A DNA stretch of 64,000 nt from Escherichia coli (GCF_030384885.1 NZ_CP128613.1), one strand, 5' to 3'; shown: positions 19,540-30,477, counted from the stretch's first letter. Numbers and translations are program-made. Notes: generated from the letters alone by a model not told the origin.

Positions 19540-21678
19540 ATGACACCGCATGTGATGAAACGAGACGGCTGCAAAGTGCCGTTTAAATCAGAGCGCATCA
19601 AAGAAGCGATTCTGCGTGCAGCTAAAGCAGCGGAAGTCGATGATGCAGATTATTGCGCCACTGTTGCCGCGGTTGTCAGCGAGCAGATGCAGGGCCGCAG
19701 CCAGGTGGATATCAACGAGATCCAGACCGCCGTTGAAAACCAGCTGATGTCGGGTCCATACAAACAACTGGCTCGTGCTTACATCGAGTACCGTCACGAT
19801 CGCGATATTGAACGTGAAAAACGCGGTCGCCTGAATCAGGAGATCCGTGGTCTGGTCGAGCAGACCAACGCCTCGTTGCTCAACGAAAACGCCAACAAAG
19901 ACAGCAAGGTGATTCCAACCCAGCGCGACCTGCTGGCCGGGATTGTGGCTAAACACTATGCACGTCAGCACCTGCTGCCGCGTGACGTGGTGCAGGCGCA
20001 TGAGCGTGGCGATATTCACTATCACGATCTCGATTACTCGCCGTTCTTCCCGATGTTCAACTGCATGTTGATCGACCTGAAAGGTATGCTGACCCAGGGC
20101 TTTAAGATGGGTAACGCCGAGATTGAACCACCGAAGTCGATCTCTACGGCAACCGCGGTAACAGCGCAGATTATTGCTCAGGTCGCCAGTCATATTTATG
20201 GCGGCACCACCATTAACCGTATCGATGAAGTGCTGGCACCGTTTGTCACCGCCAGCTACAACAAACACCGCAAGACCGCAGAAGAGTGGAACATCCCGGA
20301 CGCCGAAGGTTACGCTAACTCTCGTACCATCAAAGAGTGCTACGATGCCTTCCAGTCGCTGGAGTACGAAGTAAACACCCTGCACACCGCCAACGGTCAA
20401 ACACCGTTTGTGACCTTTGGTTTTGGTCTGGGCACCAGCTGGGAGTCTCGCCTGATTCAGGAGTCTATCCTGCGTAACCGTATCGCGGGCCTCGGTAAAA
20501 ACCGTAAAACTGCGGTGTTCCCGAAACTGGTGTTTGCGATTCGCGATGGCCTGAACCATAAAAAAGGCGATCCGAACTACGACATCAAACAGCTGGCGCT
20601 GGAGTGCGCAAGCAAGCGCATGTATCCAGATATCCTGAACTACGATCAGGTAGTGAAAGTCACCGGTTCGTTTAAAACCCCGATGGGCTGCCGCAGCTTC
20701 CTCGGCGTGTGGGAAAATGAAAACGGCGAACAGATCCACGATGGTCGTAACAACCTCGGCGTGATCAGCCTGAACCTGCCGCGCATTGCGCTGGAAGCGA
20801 AAGGCGATGAGGCCACCTTCTGGAAGCTGCTGGATGAACGTCTGGTGCTGGCACGTAAGGCGCTGATGACCCGTATCGCTCGTCTCGAAGGCGTTAAAGC
20901 GCGCGTGGCCCCGATCCTCTATATGGAAGGTGCTTGTGGCGTTCGTCTGAATGCTGACGACGACGTTTCTGAAATCTTCAAAAACGGTCGTGCGTCTATT
21001 TCGCTGGGTTACATCGGCATCCACGAAACCATTAACGCGCTGTTTGGCGGCGAGCATGTGTATGACAACGAGCAGCTGCGCGCGAAAGGTATCGCCATTG
21101 TTGAACGTCTGCGTCAGGCGGTGGATCAGTGGAAAGAAGAAACGGGTTACGGTTTTAGCCTTTACAGCACGCCAAGTGAAAACCTGTGCGACCGCTTCTG
21201 CCGTCTCGATACCGCGGAGTTTGGCGTGGTGCCGGGCGTGACTGATAAAGGTTACTACACCAACAGTTTCCACCTCGATGTGGAGAAGAAGGTGAACCCG
21301 TACGACAAGATCGACTTTGAAGCGCCTTACCCGCCGCTGGCGAACGGTGGCTTCATTTGCTACGGCGAATATCCAAACATTCAGCACAACCTGAAGGCGC
21401 TGGAAGATGTCTGGGATTACAGCTATCAGCATGTACCGTATTACGGCACCAATACGCCGATTGATGAGTGTTACGAGTGTGGTTTTACCGGTGAGTTTGA
21501 GTGCACCAGTAAAGGCTTCACCTGCCCGAAATGTGGTAACCATGACGCCTCCCGTGTGTCGGTGACTCGCCGCGTGTGCGGATATTTAGGTAGCCCGGAT
21601 GCGCGTCCGTTTAACGCTGGTAAGCAGGAAGAAGTTAAGCGCCGCGTTAAACATTTGGGAAATGGGCAGATCGGTTAA
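19540..21678 (+). CDS. nrdD: Anaerobic ribonucleoside-triphosphate reductase
   Basis: 712-aa ORF with N-terminal ATP-cone and C-terminal glycyl-radical region and zinc cysteines (CYECGF...CPKCG). Confidence 0.97.
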   Translation: MTPHVMKRDGCKVPFKSERIKEAILRAAKAAEVDDADYCATVAAVVSEQMQGRSQVDINEIQTAVENQLMSGPYKQLARAYIEYRHDRDIEREKRGRLNQEIRGLVEQTNASLLNENANKDSKVIPTQRDLLAGIVAKHYARQHLLPRDVVQAHERGDIHYHDLDYSPFFPMFNCMLIDLKGMLTQGFKMGNAEIEPPKSISTATAVTAQIIAQVASHIYGGTTINRIDEVLAPFVTASYNKHRKTAEEWNIPDAEGYANSRTIKECYDAFQSLEYEVNTLHTANGQTPFVTFGFGLGTSWESRLIQESILRNRIAGLGKNRKTAVFPKLVFAIRDGLNHKKGDPNYDIKQLALECASKRMYPDILNYDQVVKVTGSFKTPMGCRSFLGVWENENGEQIHDGRNNLGVISLNLPRIALEAKGDEATFWKLLDERLVLARKALMTRIARLEGVKARVAPILYMEGACGVRLNADDDVSEIFKNGRASISLGYIGIHETINALFGGEHVYDNEQLRAKGIAIVERLRQAVDQWKEETGYGFSLYSTPSENLCDRFCRLDTAEFGVVPGVTDKGYYTNSFHLDVEKKVNPYDKIDFEAPYPPLANGGFICYGEYPNIQHNLKALEDVWDYSYQHVPYYGTNTPIDECYECGFTGEFECTSKGFTCPKCGNHDASRVSVTRRVCGYLGSPDARPFNAGKQEEVKRRVKHLGNGQIG

Positions 21679-21699
21679 TCTTCACTCTGCGCTAAGCAA

Positions 21700-21832
21700 A
21701 TGCCGGATGTGGCGTAAACGCCTTATCCGGCCTACATTTGGCAACGGCTGTAGGCCTGATAAGACGCAACAGCGTCGCATCAGGCGTTGATTGCCTGATA
21801 CCGCCTACACGCGGACTGATAAGCCAGGCGAA
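21700..21832. repeat. BIME/REP cluster between nrdD and nrdG
   Basis: Multiple REP units (gccggatgtggcgtaaacgccttatccggcctaca..., taggcctgataagacgc...gcgtcgcatcaggc). Confidence 0.85.
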
Positions 21833-21835
21833 ATA

Positions 21836-22300
21836 ATGAATTATCATCAGTACTATCCTGTCGACATCGTCAACGGCCCCGGCACTCGCTGCACCCTGTT
21901 TGTCTCCGGGTGTGTTCATGAATGCCCCGGTTGCTATAACAAAAGCACCTGGCGGGTAAATTCCGGTCAGCCATTTACCAAAGCAATGGAAGACCAGATC
22001 ATTAACGATCTGAATGACACCCGCATCAAACGCCAGGGTATTTCCCTCTCCGGCGGCGATCCGCTGCATCCGCAAAACGTGCCGGATATTCTAAAACTGG
22101 TACAACGCATCCGCGCCGAATGTCCGGGTAAAGACATCTGGGTGTGGACAGGCTATAAATTCGACGAACTCAACGCTGCGCAAATGCAGGTTGTTGATTT
22201 GATTAACGTGCTGGTCGACGGCAAATTTATGCAGGATCTAAAAGACCCTTCCCTGATCTGGCGCGGCAGCAGCAATCAGGTGGTGCATCATTTGCGTTAG
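21836..22300 (+). CDS. nrdG: Anaerobic ribonucleotide reductase activating protein (radical SAM)
   Basis: 154 aa from MNYHQYYPVDIVNGPGTRC... with the CxxxCxxC radical-SAM cluster motif. Confidence 0.93.
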   Translation: MNYHQYYPVDIVNGPGTRCTLFVSGCVHECPGCYNKSTWRVNSGQPFTKAMEDQIINDLNDTRIKRQGISLSGGDPLHPQNVPDILKLVQRIRAECPGKDIWVWTGYKFDELNAAQMQVVDLINVLVDGKFMQDLKDPSLIWRGSSNQVVHHLR

Positions 22301-22540
22301 TCACTCATCCAGCCGGACCTTAATGGCCTCCTGTGGGTTGGCCAGTCGTTCCCTGACAGTGCGTAACAAGGCTTCTTCACTATCACTGACAGTGAGCGTT
22401 TTTACCGGCATTCGTCCATTTTCCGCAACGTACTGAAACAGCAGCCGCACTGCTTCAGTAGGCGTGATATTTAATTTTTCCAGCACCGCATAAGCCTCAT
22501 TTTTCAGTTTGTCATCCAGGCGGACGTTAAGTGTGGCCAT
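22301..22540 (-). CDS. RelB/DinJ-family ribbon-helix-helix antitoxin-like protein (no adjacent toxin gene)
   Basis: 79 aa; MATLNVRLDDKLKNEAYAVLEKL...TPTEAVRLLFQYVAENGRMP closely parallels RelB; GGAGG RBS; convergent with nrdG. Confidence 0.6.
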   Translation of the reverse strand: MATLNVRLDDKLKNEAYAVLEKLNITPTEAVRLLFQYVAENGRMPVKTLTVSDSEEALLRTVRERLANPQEAIKVRLDE

Positions 22541-22559
22541 TATGCCTCCGGTAATTATG

Positions 22560-22600
22560 AAAAGTGTAATGCATTATAGCATTACATATGCATTACATTC
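22560..22600 (-). promoter_or_regulatory. Promoter with repeated palindromic operator upstream of the RelB-like gene
   Basis: Minus-strand reading ATGTAATGCATATGTAATGCTATAATGCATTACA: direct and inverted copies of TGTAATGCA overlapping a TATAAT -10. Confidence 0.6.
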
Positions 22601-22696
22601 ATTTCTGGAAAACGCCTCGCAAAAATGAGGACGACACGCAGGAATATGCGGTAGTGAAGATAGATATTGCGGTGATTTTTCGAAGGGGAAGAAAGC

Positions 22697-22727
22697 GTTG
22701 GGCGGTAACGTTTCACCGCCCAATAAG
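22697..22727 (-). terminator. Probable terminator downstream of cybC
   Basis: ttgggcggtgaaacgttaccgcccaa stem-loop just after the cybC stop. Confidence 0.55.
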
Positions 22728-22730
22728 GAA

Positions 22731-23120
<390 letters not shown>

Positions 23121-23169
23121 TCACTTCCTTTTTCTTATTAAGATTTGGCGCGGCAGGTCGCGCCTTTTT

Positions 23170-24522
23170 TTACTGCCCGGCGATTTTCATCTCCGGCAAC
23201 AGCACAGAACCACACTGTATATTGCTGCGTGTTTCAATATCGTTACCGACGGTGACAATATTGCGCCACATATCTTTTAAATTACCTGCGATGGTGATTT
23301 CGCTAACCGGATACTGAATTTCGCCATTCTCTACCCAGAAGCCCGCAGCACCACGGGAATAATCACCGGTAATGGCACTCACTCCCTGGCCCATCAGTTC
23401 CGTCACCACCAGCCCGGTGCCCATCTCTTTGAGCATTTGTTCGAAGCTTAGCCCTTGCCCGGCAATTCGCCAATTATGAATACCGCCTGCATGTCCGGTG
23501 CTTTTCAGCCCCAGTTTACGTGCGGAATAGCTGGTCAGCAGCCACTGGGTCAGAATGCCATCTTTAATAATATCGCGACGCTCGGTGCGCACACCTTCGC
23601 TGTCGAATGGCGTCGATGCCAGCCCTTTCAGCAGATGCGGATGCTCTTCAATGGTCAGCCAATCCGGTAGAATTTGTTTACCCAGCGAATCCAGCAGGAA
23701 GGTGGATTTACGGTAGACCGATCCACCCGCTATCGCCCCAACCAGATGGCCAAAAAGCCCGGTTGCCACTTCATTGGCAAAAATTACCGGCGCTTTCATG
23801 GTGGAAAGTTTACGCGGTGACAGGCGCGATAAAGTACGGCGAGCACAGTCGGCCCCGACCCACTCTGGCGTTTGCAGATCGCTCATCGCGCGACCAATGG
23901 TGTAGGCGTAATCACGCTCCATATCGCCATTTTCTTCGGCAATTACGCAGCTTGAGAGTGAATGACGCGTTGAGCAATAACCCTGCAACATGCCGTGGCT
24001 GTTGCCAAAAACTTTTACGCCGTAGTGGCTGTTAAAACTGCCGCCTTCGGTATTGGTGATGCGTTTATCCGCCTGTAATGCTGCCTGTTCTGCGCGAGCC
24101 GCCAGTTCAATAGCTTCATCCGGGGAAACTTCCGCAGGGTGAAACAAGTCGAGATCCGGCGCGTCAAAGGCCAGCAGCTCTTTGTCTGCCACGCCGGCAC
24201 AGGGATCTGGCGAAGTGTAACGAGCAATATCCAGCGCTGCCTGTACGGTGCGGGCAATGGCCTGCGGGCTTAAATCGGTAGACGATGCGCTACCTTTACG
24301 GTTCTGGTGATAAACAGTGATCCCCAGCGCGCCATCGCTATTGAATTCGACATTCTCCACTTCGCCATATCGCGTGCTAACGCTAATGCCGGTGGTCTTG
24401 CTGACGGCAACTTCCGCACCGTCCGATTTGCCTGAGGCCAACTCCAGCGCAGTGGAAACTGCTTCTTCCAGAATCTTGCGCTGCGCTTCAACTTGAGAGA
24501 TTACTTTCATTGCAAGTGCCAT
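23170..24522 (-). CDS. pmbA: Metalloprotease PmbA/TldE
   Basis: 450-aa [23 protein letters not shown]... (PmbA/TldD fold). Confidence 0.95.
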
Positions 24523-24615
24523 AATGTAGAGAGTTTCTCTGAAGTCTAACAGAGAACCGTTTTTCAGTGCGCATCTTAACTGGTAACATTAGCCTCTTTT
24601 TTTAAGGAGCCTGAG

Positions 24616-25167
24616 ATGACTAAGCAGCCCGAAGACTGGCTCGACGACGTTCCCGGTGATGACATCGAAGACGAAGACGATGAAATTATCTGGGTCAGTA
24701 AAAGTGAAATTAAACGCGATGCCGAGGAGCTAAAACGCCTTGGCGCAGAAATTGTTGATCTGGGGAAAAACGCGCTGGATAAGATCCCGTTAGACGCGGA
24801 TCTGCGTGCGGCTATCGAGTTAGCCCAGCGTATTAAGATGGAAGGTCGCCGCCGCCAGTTGCAGCTCATCGGTAAGATGCTGCGCCAGCGCGACGTAGAA
24901 CCGATCCGTCAGGCGCTGGATAAGCTGAAAAACCGCCACAACCAGCAAGTGGTGTTGTTCCATAAACTGGAAAACCTGCGCGATCGTCTGATCGAGCAAG
25001 GTGATGACGCCATCGCTGAAGTATTGAATCTGTGGCCCGATGCCGATCGTCAGCAACTGCGAACTCTGATCCGCAACGCGAAGAAAGAGAAAGAAGGGAA
25101 TAAGCCGCCGAAATCCGCGCGCCAGATTTTCCAGTATCTGCGTGAGTTAGCGGAAAACGAAGGGTAA
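24616..25167 (+). CDS. yjgA: Ribosome-associated protein YjgA (DUF615)
   Basis: 183-aa charged protein [16 protein letters not shown]... Confidence 0.9.
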   Translation: MTKQPEDWLDDVPGDDIEDEDDEIIWVSKSEIKRDAEELKRLGAEIVDLGKNALDKIPLDADLRAAIELAQRIKMEGRRRQLQLIGKMLRQRDVEPIRQALDKLKNRHNQQVVLFHKLENLRDRLIEQGDDAIAEVLNLWPDADRQQLRTLIRNAKKEKEGNKPPKSARQIFQYLRELAENEG

Positions 25168-25191
25168 TTTTCGTTGTTGATGTGAGTATGG

Positions 25192-25312
25192 TTTGCCGGA
25201 TGCGGTGCACCTGTAGGCCTGATAAGACGCATCAAGCGTCGCATCAGGCACTATGCTCAAATGCCGGATGCGGCGTGAACGCCTTATCCGGCCTACACAC
25301 ACTATATCAGGC
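25192..25312. repeat. BIME/REP cluster between yjgA and mpl
   Basis: gccggatgcggtgcacctgtaggcctgataagacgc...atgccggatgcggcgtgaacgccttatccggcctaca. Confidence 0.85.
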
Positions 25313-25322
25313 TGAGGCCGAA

Positions 25323-26696
25323 TTACTGCGCGGCTTCCGCTTTCTTCGCTAGCCCATCCAGCAGTTTCTGATGAATTCCACCAAAACCGCCGTTGCTCAT
25401 CACCAGAATATGGTCGCCAGGCTGAGCGGTTTTCACCACCATATCTGCCAGTGTATCCACATCGCCACTCCAGTGTGCAGGCTGAACGCAGGCTTCTGCC
25501 ACTTCTGCGACCTGCCAAGGAATATGCGCCGGTTGCAGCAGGAAGACTTCATCGGCACGACCTAATGAAGGTGCCAAATCGTCTTTGCAGATCCCCATTT
25601 TCATGGTGTTTGAGCGCGGTTCCAGCACGGCAATAATGCGCGCCGTACCGCCAACTTTGCCGCGCAGCGCAGCCAGCGTTGCCAGAATCGCCGTCGGGTG
25701 ATGGGCAAAATCGTCATACACCGTCACGCCATTTGCTTCTCCGCGCAACTCCAGACGACGACGAGCGTTAATAAACGAACCCAGCGCGTTAGCAGCATCT
25801 GCCGGCGCTACGCCAACATGACGGGCCGCCGCAATCGCCATCAGGCCGTTGTGCATATTATGTTCGCCCACCAGCGACCATTTCACTTCGCCCACTTTTT
25901 CGCCATCCAGCAAGACTTCCCATTCGGAAGCGTCAGTGGTCAGCTTTTTCGCCTGCCAGTGCCCCTGCTCGCCCACCAGCTCCTGCTCGCTCCAGCAGCC
26001 CATCGCCATGGTTTGTTTCAGGTTGATGTCGTTTTCCGGCCAGATAATACGCCCCTGCCCCGGAACGATACGCACCAGATGGTGGAACTGTTTCTGGATC
26101 GCTTTCAGGTCGTCAAAGATATCGGCATGATCGAACTCAAGGTTGTTGAGGATCAGCGTACGCGGGCAGTAATGGACAAATTTAGAGCGTTTGTCGAAGA
26201 AGGCGCAGTCATACTCATCCGCTTCGATAACAAAGAAGTCGCTTTCGCCTAAACGTGCCGAAACGTCAAAGTTCCCCGGAACACCGCCGATCACAAAACC
26301 CGGTTTATAGCCACACTGTTCCAGAATCCAGGTCGCCATTCCCGCGGTGGTGGTTTTGCCGTGTGTACCGGCAACGGCCAACACCCAGCGGTCACGCAGC
26401 ACAAAATCGTGCAGCCACTGCGGGCCAGACATATAAGGGATGTTTTTTTCCAGTACCACTTCCACACACGGATTTCCACGGGTCATGGCGTTGCCAATGA
26501 TCACCAGATCCGGCTGCGGGTCGAGCTGGCTGGCATCGTAACCCTGAATCAGTTCAATGCCTTGCTTCTCAAGTAAGGTGCTCATCGGCGGATACACATT
26601 GGCGTCCGAACCCGTTACTTCATGGCCTAACTGGCGCGCCAGCATCGCCAGACCGCCCATAAATGTGCCACAAATTCCTAAAATATGAATGCGCAT
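25323..26696 (-). CDS. mpl: UDP-N-acetylmuramate:L-alanyl-gamma-D-glutamyl-meso-DAP ligase
   Basis: 457-aa Mur ligase family ORF (MRIHILGICGTFMGGLA...). Confidence 0.95.
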   Translation of the reverse strand: MRIHILGICGTFMGGLAMLARQLGHEVTGSDANVYPPMSTLLEKQGIELIQGYDASQLDPQPDLVIIGNAMTRGNPCVEVVLEKNIPYMSGPQWLHDFVLRDRWVLAVAGTHGKTTTAGMATWILEQCGYKPGFVIGGVPGNFDVSARLGESDFFVIEADEYDCAFFDKRSKFVHYCPRTLILNNLEFDHADIFDDLKAIQKQFHHLVRIVPGQGRIIWPENDINLKQTMAMGCWSEQELVGEQGHWQAKKLTTDASEWEVLLDGEKVGEVKWSLVGEHNMHNGLMAIAAARHVGVAPADAANALGSFINARRRLELRGEANGVTVYDDFAHHPTAILATLAALRGKVGGTARIIAVLEPRSNTMKMGICKDDLAPSLGRADEVFLLQPAHIPWQVAEVAEACVQPAHWSGDVDTLADMVVKTAQPGDHILVMSNGGFGGIHQKLLDGLAKKAEAAQ

Positions 26697-26871
26697 ACGT
26701 CACTATCCTTTTTTAATCTGCCGCTCATTTTACGCATATGTCGGGCAAGTGAGAAACGCATTTCAGGATAATCCGTAATTTGCTGGCGCGATTCACCTGA
26801 GCGCAACATTGAGATTATTTGTTAAGATTGTTGCGGTCGCTTTACTCCATAAACATTGCAGGGAAAGTTTT

Positions 26872-27870
26872 ATGAAAACGTTAGGTGAATTTATTGTCGA
26901 AAAGCAGCACGAGTTTTCTCATGCTACCGGTGAGCTCACTGCTTTGCTGTCGGCAATAAAACTGGGCGCCAAGATTATCCATCGCGATATCAACAAAGCA
27001 GGACTGGTTGATATCCTGGGTGCCAGCGGTGCTGAGAACGTGCAGGGCGAGGTTCAGCAGAAACTCGACTTGTTCGCTAATGAAAAACTGAAAGCCGCAC
27101 TGAAAGCACGCGATATCGTTGCGGGCATTGCCTCTGAAGAAGAAGATGAGATTGTCGTCTTTGAAGGCTGTGAACACGCAAAATACGTGGTGCTGATGGA
27201 CCCACTGGATGGCTCGTCCAACATCGATGTTAACGTCTCTGTCGGTACCATTTTCTCCATTTACCGCCGTGTTACCCCTGTCGGTACGCCGGTAACGGAA
27301 GAAGACTTCCTCCAGCCTGGTAACAAACAGGTTGCGGCAGGTTACGTGGTATACGGCTCCTCTACCATGTTGGTTTACACCACCGGATGCGGTGTTCACG
27401 CCTTTACTTACGATCCTTCGCTTGGCGTTTTCTGCCTGTGCCAGGAACGGATGCGCTTCCCGGAGAAAGGCAAAACCTACTCCATCAACGAAGGGAACTA
27501 CATTAAGTTTCCAAACGGGGTGAAGAAGTACATTAAATTCTGTCAGGAAGAAGATAAGTCCACCAACCGTCCATATACCTCACGTTATATCGGTTCACTG
27601 GTCGCAGATTTCCACCGTAACCTGCTGAAAGGTGGGATTTATCTCTACCCAAGCACCGCCAGCCACCCGGACGGTAAACTGCGTTTACTGTATGAGTGCA
27701 ACCCGATGGCGTTCCTCGCGGAACAAGCGGGCGGTAAAGCGAGCGATGGCAAAGAGCGTATTCTGGATATCATCCCGGAAACCCTGCACCAGCGTCGTTC
27801 GTTCTTTGTCGGCAATGACCATATGGTTGAAGATGTCGAACGCTTTATCCGTGAGTTCCCGGACGCGTAA
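26872..27870 (+). CDS. fbp: Fructose-1,6-bisphosphatase class 1
   Basis: 332 aa from [15 protein letters not shown]...; FBPase motifs. Confidence 0.96.
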
Positions 27871-27879
27871 ATGAGTTAA

Positions 27880-27905
27880 CGCCGGAGCAGTCCGGCGTTT
27901 TCAAT
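27880..27905 (+). terminator. Intrinsic terminator after fbp
   Basis: acgccggagcagtccggcgt hairpin followed by TTTTC. Confidence 0.75.
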
Positions 27906-27907
27906 TA

Positions 27908-28423
27908 TCAATTAACAAAGGTTAATTTGACTCGTTTAGATACGCAAAAATAGGGGATCCAGATTGCAAGATGGATGATACTTTTCAGAAGCTCCCATGC
28001 ATCTGTCAATTCAAATGAGGCATTAAGAAAGTGCATTGTCCCCCAAATATCAGCCACAATGAATGCAAACAGTGACAGAAGAAGGGCAATATAATACTGT
28101 GGAAGCTGGCGTTTTTTGTTAAAAAACAAATAAGTAGTATAAATCAACAGCAGAAACAAAACGGCAAATCCGGCGGTTTCCAGATAAAGTGCCGTCCTGA
28201 GCGGTTCTTCGTAAATTACGCGAGTAAGCCCCCAAGTATGGATAATTGAATACGCGTTCGCAAGAATACCAAGCACTAAACCAATTGCCGGCAGAAATAG
28301 CCAGCCGCCAATCCCTGTAAGCTTTTTATCCGCACAACTTTTACAATAATCGTCAGGTGGTAAAACAGCCACACCACAGTTTTTACATGTTGTTTGTAAT
28401 TCTTCGCCGTCCTTCACCCACAT
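27908..28423 (-). CDS. Hypothetical zinc-ribbon membrane protein
   Basis: 171-aa ORF: N-terminal CxxC-N10-CxxC (CKNCGVAVLPPDDYCKSC) followed by about four hydrophobic helices; AT-rich (roughly 42 percent GC). Confidence 0.5.
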   Translation of the reverse strand: MWVKDGEELQTTCKNCGVAVLPPDDYCKSCADKKLTGIGGWLFLPAIGLVLGILANAYSIIHTWGLTRVIYEEPLRTALYLETAGFAVLFLLLIYTTYLFFNKKRQLPQYYIALLLSLFAFIVADIWGTMHFLNASFELTDAWELLKSIIHLAIWIPYFCVSKRVKLTFVN

Positions 28424-28450
28424 AAAAATATCCTTATATATCAGTAAAAT

Positions 28451-29455
28451 TTATTCTTTTAGTCTAATTTCCGGACTCACTCTCATTACTGGCGAACTCT
28501 GGCGATTCTCCCACAGCACCGTTAATCCACGCTGTAAGGCAATAAAAATGAACAGCAAAATGCCGATGGCGATTTTCGTCCACCAGGAACTCAGCGTGCC
28601 ATCAAAGTTTATGTAAGTCTGAATTAGCCCCTGAATCGCCACGCCAAAAAGCGTCCCTAATACCGTTCCAACGCCACCGCTCAAAAGTGTACCGCCAATC
28701 ACCACTGAGGCGATAGCGTCCAGTTCCACACCTACGCCCGCCAGCGCATATCCGGCTTGGGTATAAATCGAGAAAACAATCCCCGCCAGTGTTGCCAGTC
28801 CGGTGGAGAGCATATAAATGCGAATAGTGGTGCTGCGAGTGGAAACCCCCATCAGGTTCGCCGACGTTGCGTTGCCGCCAATGGCGTATACCTGATTACC
28901 AAAACGGGTACGATGCGCGAGGAATATGCCGATAACCACCACCGCCAGCATCAGTAGCCCCATCGCACTTAAGCGACCGCCACCAGGGATTTTCCATGCA
29001 AGGCTTGAGAGCGTGTCATAAACAGGATGGTTTATCGGGATCGATTCTTCCGAAACGAGATAGCTGACGCCGCGCAAAAAGAACATTCCTGCCAGGGTAA
29101 TGATAAACGCCGGGATCTTCAGGGCGTCAATCAGAAGCCCCATAAATGCGCCGAAGGCACAGCCCATCACCAGCACCAGTGGAAACGCCAGCAGCGGCGA
29201 GAGGCCGAAATCGCCAATCACCTTTGCCAGAAACACCCCAGTAAAGGCGATCACCGAACCGACGGAGAGATCGATCCCTCCGGAGAGGATCACAAAGGTC
29301 ATGCCGACGGCAATAATCCCCAGAAAGGCGTTATCGGTCAGGATATTGCAGATCACTCTTGTGGAAGCAAAACCGGGGAACTGCGTCAGGCAGTAGAGAT
29401 AGCCCAACACAAAGACGCCGATGGTGATCATCAGTGGCAAGTTACGTTTTATCAC
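28451..29455 (-). CDS. yjfF: Galactofuranose ABC transporter permease
   Basis: 334-aa multi-pass permease; GTG start with AAGGAG RBS; last gene of the ytfQRT-yjfF operon. Confidence 0.86.
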   Translation of the reverse strand: MIKRNLPLMITIGVFVLGYLYCLTQFPGFASTRVICNILTDNAFLGIIAVGMTFVILSGGIDLSVGSVIAFTGVFLAKVIGDFGLSPLLAFPLVLVMGCAFGAFMGLLIDALKIPAFIITLAGMFFLRGVSYLVSEESIPINHPVYDTLSSLAWKIPGGGRLSAMGLLMLAVVVIGIFLAHRTRFGNQVYAIGGNATSANLMGVSTRSTTIRIYMLSTGLATLAGIVFSIYTQAGYALAGVGVELDAIASVVIGGTLLSGGVGTVLGTLFGVAIQGLIQTYINFDGTLSSWWTKIAIGILLFIFIALQRGLTVLWENRQSSPVMRVSPEIRLKE

Positions 29456-30464
29456 GGCTACGCACTCCTTTAATCAGACTGATAAAGCGTTGCGACTGAA
29501 CAATCAGCACGCAAAGCACCACTACCGCTTTCACCACCTGGTTCATCTCTGGCGGAAAGCCAGAAAGTAAAATTCCGGTGTTCATCCCCTGAATAATCAG
29601 CGCCCCTACCACTGAGAGCAGCAGGTTAAAACGCCCGCCCATCAGCGATCCGCCGCCAATCACCACCGCAAGAATGGCGTCCAGCTCCAGCCATAATCCG
29701 GCGTTGTTGGCATCGGCACCGCGAATATCCGCCGCCACGATAATGCCCGCAATCGCCGCACACAGCCCGCTCAACACATAAGTGAGCATGACGATGATTC
29801 GTGTGTTGACTCCGGCATTTTTTGCCGCCCGAATGTTGATACCAACGGCTTCGATAAACATCCCCAGTGCCGTTTTGCGGGTCAACAGCCAGAAGAGGAG
29901 AAGCGTCAGTACCGCAATAATGACTGGTGTTGGCAGGAACACCAGCGATCCGCTGCCAAACCATGAGAGATCCGGCGAGTTAAACGTGACGATCTGTCCG
30001 GAGGTGATCAGTTGCGCCACGCCGCGCCCGGCGACCATCAGGATCAGGGTGGCGACAAACGGCTGAATTTTGAGGATCGCTACCAGTATGCCGTTCCACA
30101 ACCCCGCCAGGATGCCGGTGCCCAGGGCGCTTAACAAAACAATCGGCAGGCTGAATCCCGCGACCGTCATCGCAGCCGTTGTGGCTCCGGCGATAGCCAT
30201 CACCGCCCCTACGGAGAGATCGATACCACCGGTGGCGATAACCAGCGTCATGCCAATCGCCAGTAGCGCAACCGGGGCGGCGCGATTAAGAATGTCGATG
30301 GGGCTACCGAACAAACGCCCATCCTGAAGCACGACCTGCCAGAAATGCGGGGCCACCAGGCTATCGACCAGCAGCACCAGCAATAGCGCCGCCAGCTGCG
30401 GCATTCCCGTTGGCCAGCGAAAGCGCCTTTTCGACGGCGTAGTGCCCGGGAGAGATTGAGGCAT
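29442..30464 (-). CDS. ytfT: Galactofuranose ABC transporter permease
   Basis: 340 aa from ATG 30464 preceded by AAGGAG (7-nt spacer) inside the ytfR 3-prime end; multi-pass permease. Confidence 0.86.
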   Translation of the reverse strand: MPQSLPGTTPSKRRFRWPTGMPQLAALLLVLLVDSLVAPHFWQVVLQDGRLFGSPIDILNRAAPVALLAIGMTLVIATGGIDLSVGAVMAIAGATTAAMTVAGFSLPIVLLSALGTGILAGLWNGILVAILKIQPFVATLILMVAGRGVAQLITSGQIVTFNSPDLSWFGSGSLVFLPTPVIIAVLTLLLFWLLTRKTALGMFIEAVGINIRAAKNAGVNTRIIVMLTYVLSGLCAAIAGIIVAADIRGADANNAGLWLELDAILAVVIGGGSLMGGRFNLLLSVVGALIIQGMNTGILLSGFPPEMNQVVKAVVVLCVLIVQSQRFISLIKGVRSRDKT

Positions 30465-30477
30465 CACACAGTTCTCC

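Noticed and set aside
19588-21543. 651-aa ORF antisense to nrdD
   Set aside because: Lies entirely within and opposite the strongly supported nrdD gene; low-complexity Arg/Val-rich translation typical of a shadow frame in GC-rich coding DNA.
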